Assembly: GCA_016839705.1 (NCBI GenBank)
Contig: JAEOTR010000060.1
Coordinates: 1 to 64,000 of the forward strand
Origin: Promethearchaeota archaeon
Lineage (GTDB): Archaea > Asgardarchaeota > Lokiarchaeia > Sigyniarchaeales > SOKP01
DNA length: 64,000 bases
Direction: 5' to 3'
Shown here: positions 50,816 to 59,751 of the stretch, in pieces
Layout: every line of letters begins with the position of its first letter
Position numbering within the stretch: the first letter of the stretch is position 1
The notes under the pieces: generated by a model
Databases searched by the model: none
What the model saw: the letters and a program-made list of their open reading frames with translations, nothing else
What the model was told of the DNA's origin: nothing
Program-made: the position numbers and the translations under genes

Positions 50816-51610
50816 ATGAGTGAAAATTTTTTAGAAGGAAAAATAGCCTTAGTTACAGGAGCAGGTAGTGGATTTGGGCGGGAAATGGCGATAAATTTTG
50901 CAAAAAAGGGTGCAGATTTAGTTTTAAACGATATTGATCTAGAAAGCATAAAAGAAACTCGTGATATAATTCTAAACTCACATGAAGTTGAAATAATGTT
51001 AGCAGAAGCAGATATCTCTGATGAGGAACAAGTAAATCTCATGAGTAAAAAAGTTTTTCAGCAATTTGATAATGTTTTTGTACTAGTTAATAACGCCGGG
51101 ATAAGGGGAGGGTCATCATCTTTGAAGACTAAGATGATAGACTATGATATGGTCATGAATGTAAATGTGAAAGGTGCGTGGAATGTAACAAAAGCTTTTT
51201 ATAAAAAAATGAGAAGACAGAAATTCAGACCATTAGCAGGGAAAATTATAAATATTACATCATGCGCAGGCACAGAGTGCGGATTGAATCCATTTATTGG
51301 GATATACAGCGTGAGTAAAACTGCACTTATAGCTTTTACAAAACTTTGGGCTCTTGAATTAGGATCATCCAATATTTCTGTTAACGCAATTTGCCCTGGT
51401 ATCTTTCTCACCCCAATATATAATAATGATCCAAATTTCATTAGAGAATGGATAAAAATGAGGAATGTAAAAATTCCTTTAGATCAAATTGGGGAACCTA
51501 ATCAAGTTGCTGATGTGGCATTATTCTTAGCCTCACCAGCTTCAGATTATATTACAGGACAAAATATTATAATTGATGGCGGGATGACAATTTCAATAAA
51601 TAAAATATAA
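50816..51610 (+). CDS. Short-chain dehydrogenase/reductase
   Basis: TGAGSGFG, NNAG, YSVSK. Confidence 0.95.
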   Translation: MSENFLEGKIALVTGAGSGFGREMAINFAKKGADLVLNDIDLESIKETRDIILNSHEVEIMLAEADISDEEQVNLMSKKVFQQFDNVFVLVNNAGIRGGSSSLKTKMIDYDMVMNVNVKGAWNVTKAFYKKMRRQKFRPLAGKIINITSCAGTECGLNPFIGIYSVSKTALIAFTKLWALELGSSNISVNAICPGIFLTPIYNNDPNFIREWIKMRNVKIPLDQIGEPNQVADVALFLASPASDYITGQNIIIDGGMTISINKI

Positions 51611-51630
51611 TTCCGTCCGAGAAAAAAAAA

Positions 51631-52230
51631 TCATTTTCCTCGTCCTTTATTTGCTCGAATACTAGGTCGAGTTTTTTCAGATCCCCATCCTTTTTTATGT
51701 AAACCTCTCGATCTCTTTCCAGCAGATGTTAAACCCCGAGTTACTCTCTTCTTATGTTGAGATTCAATGATCCAATTTATCTTAGGGTCTGATTTAATCA
51801 CAGGATGCGATGGATCAACTAAAATAACTTCATAATACCAATGTCTTCCATCAGAGTATATTTTATAGCTATTAAGAACCTCCATATTAGGATACTTTCT
51901 TTGAACTCTCTCTTCAGCAATCCATTGCAGGTTTTTGCCCGTAGTGTATTTGGAAACACCCATCGCTCTAGGTTTTCTTCCTCTCTTTGGGCGAATTTTA
52001 TGCATTCCCCCTTTTCTAATTCTAGCCCTTACAACGATATATCCTTGTTTAGCTTTATATCCTAATTCTCTAGCACGGTAAATTTTAGTTGGTTTTTCGA
52101 CTCTTTGAATTGATTTACCCTTCCGATATTCAATACCACGATACCAATGTGGTGTTTGATACCCTTTTTCGTGTTTCTCAAAAGTTTCTTTGACATGGCT
52201 GTATCCAGACTTCAAGTTATACGAACACAT
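51631..52230 (-). CDS. rpl15e: 50S ribosomal protein L15e
   Basis: ARELGYKAKQG, AEERV.RKYPN.EVLNSY, RGLTSAG. Confidence 0.97.
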   Translation of the reverse strand: MCSYNLKSGYSHVKETFEKHEKGYQTPHWYRGIEYRKGKSIQRVEKPTKIYRARELGYKAKQGYIVVRARIRKGGMHKIRPKRGRKPRAMGVSKYTTGKNLQWIAEERVQRKYPNMEVLNSYKIYSDGRHWYYEVILVDPSHPVIKSDPKINWIIESQHKKRVTRGLTSAGKRSRGLHKKGWGSEKTRPSIRANKGRGK

Positions 52231-52284
52231 CCCTAAACTAATATTAATTAAAAATAAGCATATTATATTATTTTTATGGTTATT

Positions 52285-53217
52285 CTATTCAGTTAAAAAA
52301 CTCATCAAATAATTTGTGATTTTTTCCGTAATCATTGTACTAGCTTGAATTTGCGTTTCTACTGTTTGACTCCCGATATGTGGTGTAAGAATTAAGTTAT
52401 CTTCACATGAACATAAATCCAAGTTAGTTAAGGGTTCTTGTTGATAAACATCTAATGCCGCACCACCTATCTCCTTTTTTTTTAACGCCTCGACTAAAGC
52501 GCCCTCATCAATCAAATTTCCTCTAGCTGTATTAATTAAAATGGTATTTTTATTCATTAAATTAAGTCGCTTTTCATTTATTGTATTTTCAGTTTCCTTA
52601 GTTGAGGGTAAATGTAATGAAATTATTTGTACATCTTTTATAAGATCATCTACATTACGATAAACGGTATAACCTAATTTTCTTGCTATATCTATAACCG
52701 ATTTATCTGTATCGTATATTCCGATTTTCATTCCAAAAGCAGAACATCTTTTTGCTACCTCCTGACCGATATTACCAAACCCGATTAGACCGATCTTCTT
52801 ATCCTTAATAGTATATCCCATATAGTGACCTTTGCACCACCTACCGCAATGCATTGTCTCATCCGCTTTTGAGATATGTCTAGCTAAGTTTAGGATTAAT
52901 GCTATTGTTAATTCTGCTACTGAAACAGATGGGGCTTCAGGAGTATTAAATACTTTAATGCCTAATTCTTCTGCCTTTTTAAGGTCGATGTTGTCAAGAC
53001 CAACACCAGCCCTTCCAATCACCTTTAATCTTTTACCATTTTCTAATATTTTAGCAGTCAGTTTTGTTCTGGATCTAACTATAATAGCATCATAATTCTG
53101 AATTTCTTTTTCTAATTCACTTGGGGTTAGATCATAAAATTCTCTATATTCGAGCTTATTTGCATTAAAAATCTTCAGAGATTCCTTCTGGATCTTATCT
53201 GTAATTAAAATCTTCAT
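52285..53217 (-). CDS. D-2-hydroxyacid dehydrogenase (short SerA-like)
   Basis: RAGVGLDNID, GFGNIG, INTARG, TPHIG. Confidence 0.92.
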   Translation of the reverse strand: MKILITDKIQKESLKIFNANKLEYREFYDLTPSELEKEIQNYDAIIVRSRTKLTAKILENGKRLKVIGRAGVGLDNIDLKKAEELGIKVFNTPEAPSVSVAELTIALILNLARHISKADETMHCGRWCKGHYMGYTIKDKKIGLIGFGNIGQEVAKRCSAFGMKIGIYDTDKSVIDIARKLGYTVYRNVDDLIKDVQIISLHLPSTKETENTINEKRLNLMNKNTILINTARGNLIDEGALVEALKKKEIGGAALDVYQQEPLTNLDLCSCEDNLILTPHIGSQTVETQIQASTMITEKITNYLMSFLTE

Positions 53218-53310
53218 GTAAATCTAAAAAAAATTATTTTTAATACCTAGAATAAATTATCCTAATCATTAATTGCTTAAAGATTTATTTCTTCTAAATT
53301 TTGTTAACTT

Positions 53311-53778
53311 ATGGAAAGAAAAAACAAGAGTAAAGAAACTCTCAGCAAAATAAAGGTTGAGAATCAAGAAGGGTTATCAGTATCGTATGATAGAGATGAA
53401 TTAAAGGAAAAATTCCCCCATTTAGTAACTGAAATTGCGGGAAAAAAGAAAATAGTAAAAATCGATTCAATTGAGAATAACTTTGATTTAAAGCAATTAA
53501 AGGATGAGATACCATATTCAGATGAATTAATAAACCCAGGTGCTATTGATTTTTTAAGAAGATGCACGAACAATGATGAGGCTCTAAATATCTTAGATTA
53601 TTTACTAAAACAAAAAGAAATCTCAGAAAAAGATTATAATACATATAAAGATCAGATTCTATCTGGGGAAGGACTAAAAAAATTCATTGATAAGCATGGG
53701 GGCTTTAAAGATCATGGTTATTATGAAAAGAAATATAGGAATTTGACTGGAAGCAAATTAAAACAAAGTAAAAATTAA
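53311..53778 (+). CDS. DUF2095-family protein
   Basis: FPHL..E, P..IDFLRRC...EAL.I.DYL, K..GYY. Confidence 0.85.
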   Translation: MERKNKSKETLSKIKVENQEGLSVSYDRDELKEKFPHLVTEIAGKKKIVKIDSIENNFDLKQLKDEIPYSDELINPGAIDFLRRCTNNDEALNILDYLLKQKEISEKDYNTYKDQILSGEGLKKFIDKHGGFKDHGYYEKKYRNLTGSKLKQSKN

Positions 53779-53831
53779 GTGAAAACAATACTATGCATAA
53801 AGAAGATAAGGCACCATAATTATTATATTAC

Positions 53832-53913
53832 GAGAAGAAAAATGATGAGCTTATGACAATAAGAACTAATGCTCTTAGTTATGATTCATGTCGCCCCAAT
53901 CTGATTTTTTCTC
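53832..53913 (+). ncRNA. Box C/D guide sRNA
   Basis: C box ATGATGA (53842), D' AAGA (53861), C' ATGATT (53881), D box CTGA (53901). 9-bp terminal stem GAGAAGAAA/TTTTTTCTC. Confidence 0.85.
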
Positions 53914-53947
53914 TTTAATTTTATAAGTTTGAGTTTCAGATCATGCA

Positions 53948-54271
53948 TCATGAAACATTTTCTAACTGAATTTTTAATTTTAATCCTTTTTCTGTTAAAA
54001 AATGCTCCTTTTTTACTACTTTAATAAGGTTTAGTTCAAGTAAAACAGGAATTCTCCCTTTAACACACGAGATTGGCAAACCTGAAAAGAGTTTAATTGT
54101 CTCATAATTCTTCGCACCTTTATCAATAGCAAATAAGATCTCAATTCCCATATAACCTAAGAGATTTTTTAAATCTTCTTTAGATTCTTCCCCATTAATC
54201 ATTCTATTCTTGCACCAATTTTTTATAAGAAAAACTATTTTCTGCCTTGTTATCTCAGGAATTACTCCCAC
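53948..54271 (-). CDS. Small winged-helix protein
   Basis: ILFAI...YETI...RIPVLLELNLI......LTEKG. Confidence 0.7.
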   Translation of the reverse strand: MGVIPEITRQKIVFLIKNWCKNRMINGEESKEDLKNLLGYMGIEILFAIDKGAKNYETIKLFSGLPISCVKGRIPVLLELNLIKVVKKEHFLTEKGLKLKIQLENVS

Positions 54272-55475
54272 TATTATTTGATTTCATATCATCAATGCTT
54301 AATAATGGGGATTCCTCCTCCTCTTTATCTACATCTTTTACTTTTCGACTATATTTGTTGGTAACGACTGGTTCAGATTCTTTTGGTAAGAGTTTTCTCA
54401 TCCATTCAGGGAAAGCAGTGGTAATTTGCAAGTTTGTCTTTAAAACTATATATGTTTCCCCATTATTATTTAGTTCTTCAATCACATCATATTTCTTTAA
54501 AAATTCAATTGTTTCCATCAATGAATCTAATGACTTTTTTGTAACTAGTTTTGGTAGCATATCTTTTAAAATCAAACCGTTTCTTAATTCCCTAAGCACA
54601 CTATACTTTTTAGGATCAGCCATTATTTGAAATAGAGTAAAAGTATCTTCTTTTAATTCATAATCGCTTTTTTTCTCATATTTACTATAGTATTCTTGGA
54701 CCTTCGGTAAGAGCAAATCAATTAATTCAGGTTTATCATCAATATACTCAATAACTGTATCCGGGGGAATTCTTTCCGCATTAACTTCCTTTAATAATAG
54801 GACATATTTTTCTACCAAACCAATTTGATTAATAAATATAAATTGCTTTTCAACTAAACTATTAATTATTTCCTCAAAATCTTTATCTGGAAACTTTTTG
54901 AAAAACCATTCACGTAACCACTCTAAAGTTATCGGACCCTTGGATAGCATTTCTAAAGTATCAAACATATGTTTCTCATTTAGTAAAATTGCAATTTTCT
55001 GTTCTTCCGTTTTCTCCCTTGTTTCTTCGTCGATAGTCTTGTATAAGTTTTTTAACCATGCCTTTACAAATGCCTCATTCTTTAATATTATCTCTTTTTC
55101 ATTTTCATGATAATTTAAATCATTTATATAGAACGCAGTATAAATCTCTTCATTTGATTGCAACTGCTCTGAGAATTCGATACATAGATCCGAAATTTTT
55201 TCCTCAATTTCTGGTAATATTTGTTGGTCCACGACTGTAGAAACCATCAACATTTCTTTATTTCCACGAGCCCAGTCTGAGTGAATTTCAAAATAATAAT
55301 TCATTGATTTTAGATTTTCAAAAGAGTGAGTGAAAAAACCTTCATTAAATTGTTGATCCATGATATTAGCTAACTTTACTGCTAAATCTTTGTCTAAAGC
55401 GTTTTTTGGATACGAATTAAAAACTAATGGTCCGATCTTGCGATGAAAATATGATATGGCTACAATAGTCTTCAA
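54255..55475 (-). CDS. Longin/uDENN (FLCN/NPRL2-like) plus winged-helix protein
   Basis: ISYFHRKIGP...SYP and SDWARG in the longin region, followed by two wHTH-like units. Confidence 0.65.
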   Translation of the reverse strand: MKTIVAISYFHRKIGPLVFNSYPKNALDKDLAVKLANIMDQQFNEGFFTHSFENLKSMNYYFEIHSDWARGNKEMLMVSTVVDQQILPEIEEKISDLCIEFSEQLQSNEEIYTAFYINDLNYHENEKEIILKNEAFVKAWLKNLYKTIDEETREKTEEQKIAILLNEKHMFDTLEMLSKGPITLEWLREWFFKKFPDKDFEEIINSLVEKQFIFINQIGLVEKYVLLLKEVNAERIPPDTVIEYIDDKPELIDLLLPKVQEYYSKYEKKSDYELKEDTFTLFQIMADPKKYSVLRELRNGLILKDMLPKLVTKKSLDSLMETIEFLKKYDVIEELNNNGETYIVLKTNLQITTAFPEWMRKLLPKESEPVVTNKYSRKVKDVDKEEEESPLLSIDDMKSNNSGSNS

Positions 55476-55683
55476 TTAATGAATCTCCATTAGGATTTTT
55501 TTAATAATTAAGCACTGCAGCTATTTTTTGATGTTTAACCTAAAATAAATTAATATTAAAGATTATATATTATTAAAGATAAATAAATATATCTTAACTC
55601 AACCTCTAATATCTTTAGACTAATAAAATACGCAGTTAATTTATTTTACTCTTTTAATTCTAATAAAAAGATAAGCATTAACA

Positions 55684-56421
55684 ATGTGCCCTATAAAACT
55701 AGTTGGTTTCGATCTTGATGATTGTTTGTTTGACTCCACAGGATTATCTGATAGAGCAAGAATCAAAGGGATTGATGCAATGATTAATTTAGGTTTAAGA
55801 ATTGATAGAAATGAAGCTATCCGGATAATTTATGATATAGTTCAAGAATACGGCTCGAATTTTTCTAAACATTTTAATCTCTTCATTAGAAGATTAAACC
55901 AATTAAATGAAAATGTAGAATTTATCCGTTATAATGATCGATATAAATTTATTGCCGCAGCAGTTATGGCATATCATGAAGAAAAAGTTAATTCAATTAG
56001 ATTGTATGATGATGTTGAAATATGTCTTAAAAAATTAAGAGAATTGAAAATTAAAACCGCAATTATTACAGATGGATTACCAATAAAACAATATGAGAAA
56101 ATATTAAGACTGAAAATTGATGAACTTTTCGATTTGATCATCATATCAGATGAGATTGGTATAAAAAAGCCAAATCCTGAGTTATTCAATTATGGATTAA
56201 AAAAATTTGGTATTAAGGGTGAAGAGGCTATATATATAGGAGATCGTCTTGATAAAGATATTCTTCCTGCAAATATAAACAATATTCATAGTGTCTATCT
56301 TCACAGGGGGGGAAAGTATGATAAATATGATGCAAGCTTAAAAAATGAAGGATATATCAAGCCGGATTATGAAATCACCAACTTATATGAATTATTTGAC
56401 ATAATTGATGAAATTCAATAA
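55684..56421 (+). CDS. HAD-family hydrolase
   Basis: FDLDD, IITDG, KKP, IGDR..D. Confidence 0.93.
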   Translation: MCPIKLVGFDLDDCLFDSTGLSDRARIKGIDAMINLGLRIDRNEAIRIIYDIVQEYGSNFSKHFNLFIRRLNQLNENVEFIRYNDRYKFIAAAVMAYHEEKVNSIRLYDDVEICLKKLRELKIKTAIITDGLPIKQYEKILRLKIDELFDLIIISDEIGIKKPNPELFNYGLKKFGIKGEEAIYIGDRLDKDILPANINNIHSVYLHRGGKYDKYDASLKNEGYIKPDYEITNLYELFDIIDEIQ

Positions 56422-56447
56422 TAAAGAAATAAAAAAGTAGGTTAATA

Positions 56448-57260
56448 ATGAAAGTAGCATGTATTCAACCTCAAATATTGCAGGAGAGAAATCAATGTTA
56501 CCTCGAAGTTGAAAAAATTTTAAAAAACCTGCTCGAAAAACACAAAAAAAATGAAATAATTTGTCTACCAGAAAGGTGGGTTCCATTTTCTAAGAATTTA
56601 TTGGAAAATCTTCAAGAGGAGAGAGGAGATGACTATAAATTTGCTAAAAATTTATCAAAGAAATATAACATAAAAATAATATCTGGAGCAATTTGGGAAA
56701 AAAGATCTAGTTCTGAAAAGCCAGTAATTACTAGCTATTTTTTTAATGAAAATGGTGAAGAGATTGGGAGACAAGACAAGATCCACTTATATGCATATGA
56801 ACAAGAACAGTTCGAACCAGGAAAGGTGTTAAACCTATTCGAAATTGACAGATCATACTATTTTGCGATTTTAATATGTTTTGATATAGCTTTTTTTGAA
56901 ACTCCTCGTGTTGCTGTTGAGAATGGTGCAGATCTTTTATTTTCACCGACTCAAATAAGAGAAGATGGAATGTTTAATTGGGACGTTTATTTAAAAGCGA
57001 GAGCTCTTGAAAATCGTGTACCCATTGTAGCATGTAATACTTATGGTAAGTATCTTCGAAGAAAATTTATCGGAGAGAGTAAAATTATTTCATTTCGAAA
57101 AGGGAGTGTATCCCCATCAAAACTTAAGATATTAGAAGGTCCTAGTAGTTCTAGTGGGTTTATCTCTGATGACATTGATTTAGATTTTCCTCGAAAACTA
57201 AGAAAAATCCGATTGAATGAAAAAATCGATAAAAATAATATAATTGTGAAGAAAATATAG
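56448..57260 (+). CDS. Carbon-nitrogen hydrolase (nitrilase family)
   Basis: E-K-C triad: LPE, KIHL, ICFD. Also ARALEN. Confidence 0.92.
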   Translation: MKVACIQPQILQERNQCYLEVEKILKNLLEKHKKNEIICLPERWVPFSKNLLENLQEERGDDYKFAKNLSKKYNIKIISGAIWEKRSSSEKPVITSYFFNENGEEIGRQDKIHLYAYEQEQFEPGKVLNLFEIDRSYYFAILICFDIAFFETPRVAVENGADLLFSPTQIREDGMFNWDVYLKARALENRVPIVACNTYGKYLRRKFIGESKIISFRKGSVSPSKLKILEGPSSSSGFISDDIDLDFPRKLRKIRLNEKIDKNNIIVKKI

Positions 57261-57283
57261 ATTTGGGATAATAGAAGAAGATT

Positions 57284-58240
57284 ATGAAAAATTCTGCAGA
57301 ATTACAGAAGATTTTATTTACAGGTTTAGAAGATGGAGGAAAAACCTCAATTTTATTACTATTAGATAAAAAATTCAGTTTACTGCCCGCAGTTAAACCT
57401 ACAATTAAAGCTAAGAGAACTTTCTATACTAACTCATTATTAGGAATCCAAATTACCCGTTGGGATTTAGGAGGTCAGAAAATATATAGGAAAATATATA
57501 TTAATGAGAAAAGCAAATACTTTACAGAGACACAAACTATTTTTTATATAATTGATATCCAATCCCAAAGTAAGTTTGATGAAGCTTTAACTTATCTCAA
57601 AGATATCACTAACATTGTTTCAGAAACTCACATTGAAAATTTTCAACTTCTAATATTACTCCATAAATTTGATCCCGATATAAGAGATAACAGTACCATT
57701 ATTGAGAATCAAAGATTTCTAGAGTCGCAAATCACTAAAATTATTGGAAATCTAAAACATTCGATTTATAAAACTTCAATTTATGATGTAGCAACATTAT
57801 TAAGAGCTTTTTCCGATGGAGTTTTTTATGCCACCCCTAAGTCTAAAATGCTTCAGGGACTTTTAAAGGATTACATGGGAAAAACATTCAATAGTGCCAC
57901 ACTCTTATTAGATCAGAACTGTTTCATTATAGCAAGCAGGTCTACAAATGAAGATTACCAAAGAATTTGTGAAGAGATTGCCCCAAGACTAACTCGTGCT
58001 CTTGAGAAGCTTGAAGAATGGGCAATAAATACTGTTGATATAGTTACAACTATCGAATTTCCAGAAAAACACTCAGATTTCCAAAAAGAAGGCATTATTT
58101 TTCTTAGGAAATTAGATATTACCAACACAAGACTCTATCTTATTGCTCTATGTTTAAATAAAAATGTTAAGCTCAAGTCTTATGAATATCTACCAATATT
58201 AGCGGATAATTTAAAGAATTTATTAGAAAGTTTTAAGTAA
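57284..58240 (+). CDS. Rag/Gtr-like small GTPase with C-terminal roadblock/longin-like domain
   Basis: GLEDGGKTS, WDLGGQ, HKFD, TSIYD, followed by a domain beginning ATLLLDQNCFIIAS. Confidence 0.8.
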   Translation: MKNSAELQKILFTGLEDGGKTSILLLLDKKFSLLPAVKPTIKAKRTFYTNSLLGIQITRWDLGGQKIYRKIYINEKSKYFTETQTIFYIIDIQSQSKFDEALTYLKDITNIVSETHIENFQLLILLHKFDPDIRDNSTIIENQRFLESQITKIIGNLKHSIYKTSIYDVATLLRAFSDGVFYATPKSKMLQGLLKDYMGKTFNSATLLLDQNCFIIASRSTNEDYQRICEEIAPRLTRALEKLEEWAINTVDIVTTIEFPEKHSDFQKEGIIFLRKLDITNTRLYLIALCLNKNVKLKSYEYLPILADNLKNLLESFK

Positions 58241-58358
58241 TTGTTTTCCCTTTAGTCTAAAATCAAATTCTTACTTATTTTTATTTTTAGTGACCCGTCT
58301 CTGAGGGGGTTTAAATACTTTAATTTTAAAAAAATTAAAAAAAGAATTATTTTATAAG

Positions 58359-59552
58359 ATGACTTTTAAACTCGATATTAATAATCATTTTGTAGGACCT
58401 AAGGCAATTTTTGACCCAAATTTCATACCTCCTCGAATCCTTTTTAGAAGGAGAGAAGTAAAATCCTTATCCTCTATTTTAACTGATTCCCTTTCTGATG
58501 AATTTTGCCTTAATATTCTCTATCAAGGGATTAATGGTATAGGGAAAAAAGTAATAATAAATAAAGTTATAGATGATCTTTCAAGAAAAAATAACGGATT
58601 CAATAACATTCATAAAGTACATATTGATTGTAAAGAAAAAGATTTTGAGGAATTGACATTTTCGGTGTTAAACGACTTAATTAAGATTTCTCAGCTCAAT
58701 ATTAATTTTGAATCTCTCTTAAACTCAAATCTGTCTCATTTATGGAACGTTTTTAATCTAATTTGTAAAAAGACTGATTGTAACCTATTCTTTATTTTTA
58801 CTAATGTCGAACATTTAAAACCAGTTATATTTAAAAAATTTCTCCATCTCGGTAAGGAAAATAATATCACCTCTATCTACACTATAAACAAAATATTTCG
58901 ACCGACAACAATCGATATACTATCTGAATTTGATTTAAAAAAAAAGTTGAGTTATTTTTCCTACAAGGAACTATTTTCTATCTTAAAACAAAGGATGTTA
59001 CAAACATTTTCACATGAGGTGGATCAAGAACTAATTAAATACATAACAGATTTAGTTTGTGAACAATATGTTCCAGTTCCAGGAAAAGGAATCGAAATAT
59101 TTAGAGATCTCTATCCTCTATTAAAAGATAACCAAAGTATGAGGAATTTTAAATTAATAGAACTTTGCCAGAATCATTTTGATCAAATGCAAATTAATGA
59201 TGAATTTTCTATGTTAGATTATATTTCTGAAGAGGATTTGTTACATTTATTGTTTTTAGACAATCTATCGAATTATTTTTTAAGCAGTATGAATTACTAC
59301 ATCAAATTAAATGAACTCAAGGAGATTTATAATATTTCTTGTGAAACTTTAGAATATAAAAAAAATATAATTGAATTTCAGAATATAATTAAAGAGCTGT
59401 TAAATATTGGAATAGTAAGACCTTCGAAGAATTCTCAAAGAGAAAATAGACCATATTTTTTTGACGATGCTGCAACTACAGATTCTTTCTTTATGGTAAT
59501 ATCTCCAAATCAGTTAAAAGCTATTATAGATACTTTATTTGAAAGATATTAA
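58359..59552 (+). CDS. Cdc6/Orc1-like AAA+ paralogue, probably ATPase-dead
   Basis: FDPNFIP.RILFR..E, GINGIGKK, HIDC. Walker B position reads IFTNVE. Confidence 0.75.
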   Translation: MTFKLDINNHFVGPKAIFDPNFIPPRILFRRREVKSLSSILTDSLSDEFCLNILYQGINGIGKKVIINKVIDDLSRKNNGFNNIHKVHIDCKEKDFEELTFSVLNDLIKISQLNINFESLLNSNLSHLWNVFNLICKKTDCNLFFIFTNVEHLKPVIFKKFLHLGKENNITSIYTINKIFRPTTIDILSEFDLKKKLSYFSYKELFSILKQRMLQTFSHEVDQELIKYITDLVCEQYVPVPGKGIEIFRDLYPLLKDNQSMRNFKLIELCQNHFDQMQINDEFSMLDYISEEDLLHLLFLDNLSNYFLSSMNYYIKLNELKEIYNISCETLEYKKNIIEFQNIIKELLNIGIVRPSKNSQRENRPYFFDDAATTDSFFMVISPNQLKAIIDTLFERY

Positions 59553-59667
59553 ATTTAGTAGACGTAAAATTGATTCTATTGAATTCAAGACAGAGATTCC
59601 AAGCGGGAAATTGTGCCAAAAATCGAAAGGAACATTAATTTTTTTTATATATTTGACATGCCTATTA

Positions 59668-59724
59668 TATATATAGTGGTAATAACTCTATTTTATATAT
59701 AGTGGTAATAACTCTATTTTATAT
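59668..59724. repeat. Perfect 26-bp tandem duplication (about 2.2 copies)
   Basis: AGTGGTAATAACTCTATTTTATAT occurs at 59675 and 59701. Confidence 0.9.
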
Positions 59725-59751
59725 TACAAACGAAGTAAATGGAGAATAATT

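Noticed and set aside
3816-56946. Many short antisense or overlapping ORFs (e.g. 17676-18176, 45277-45594, 54247-54630)
   Set aside because: They lie opposite well-supported genes and have no motifs.
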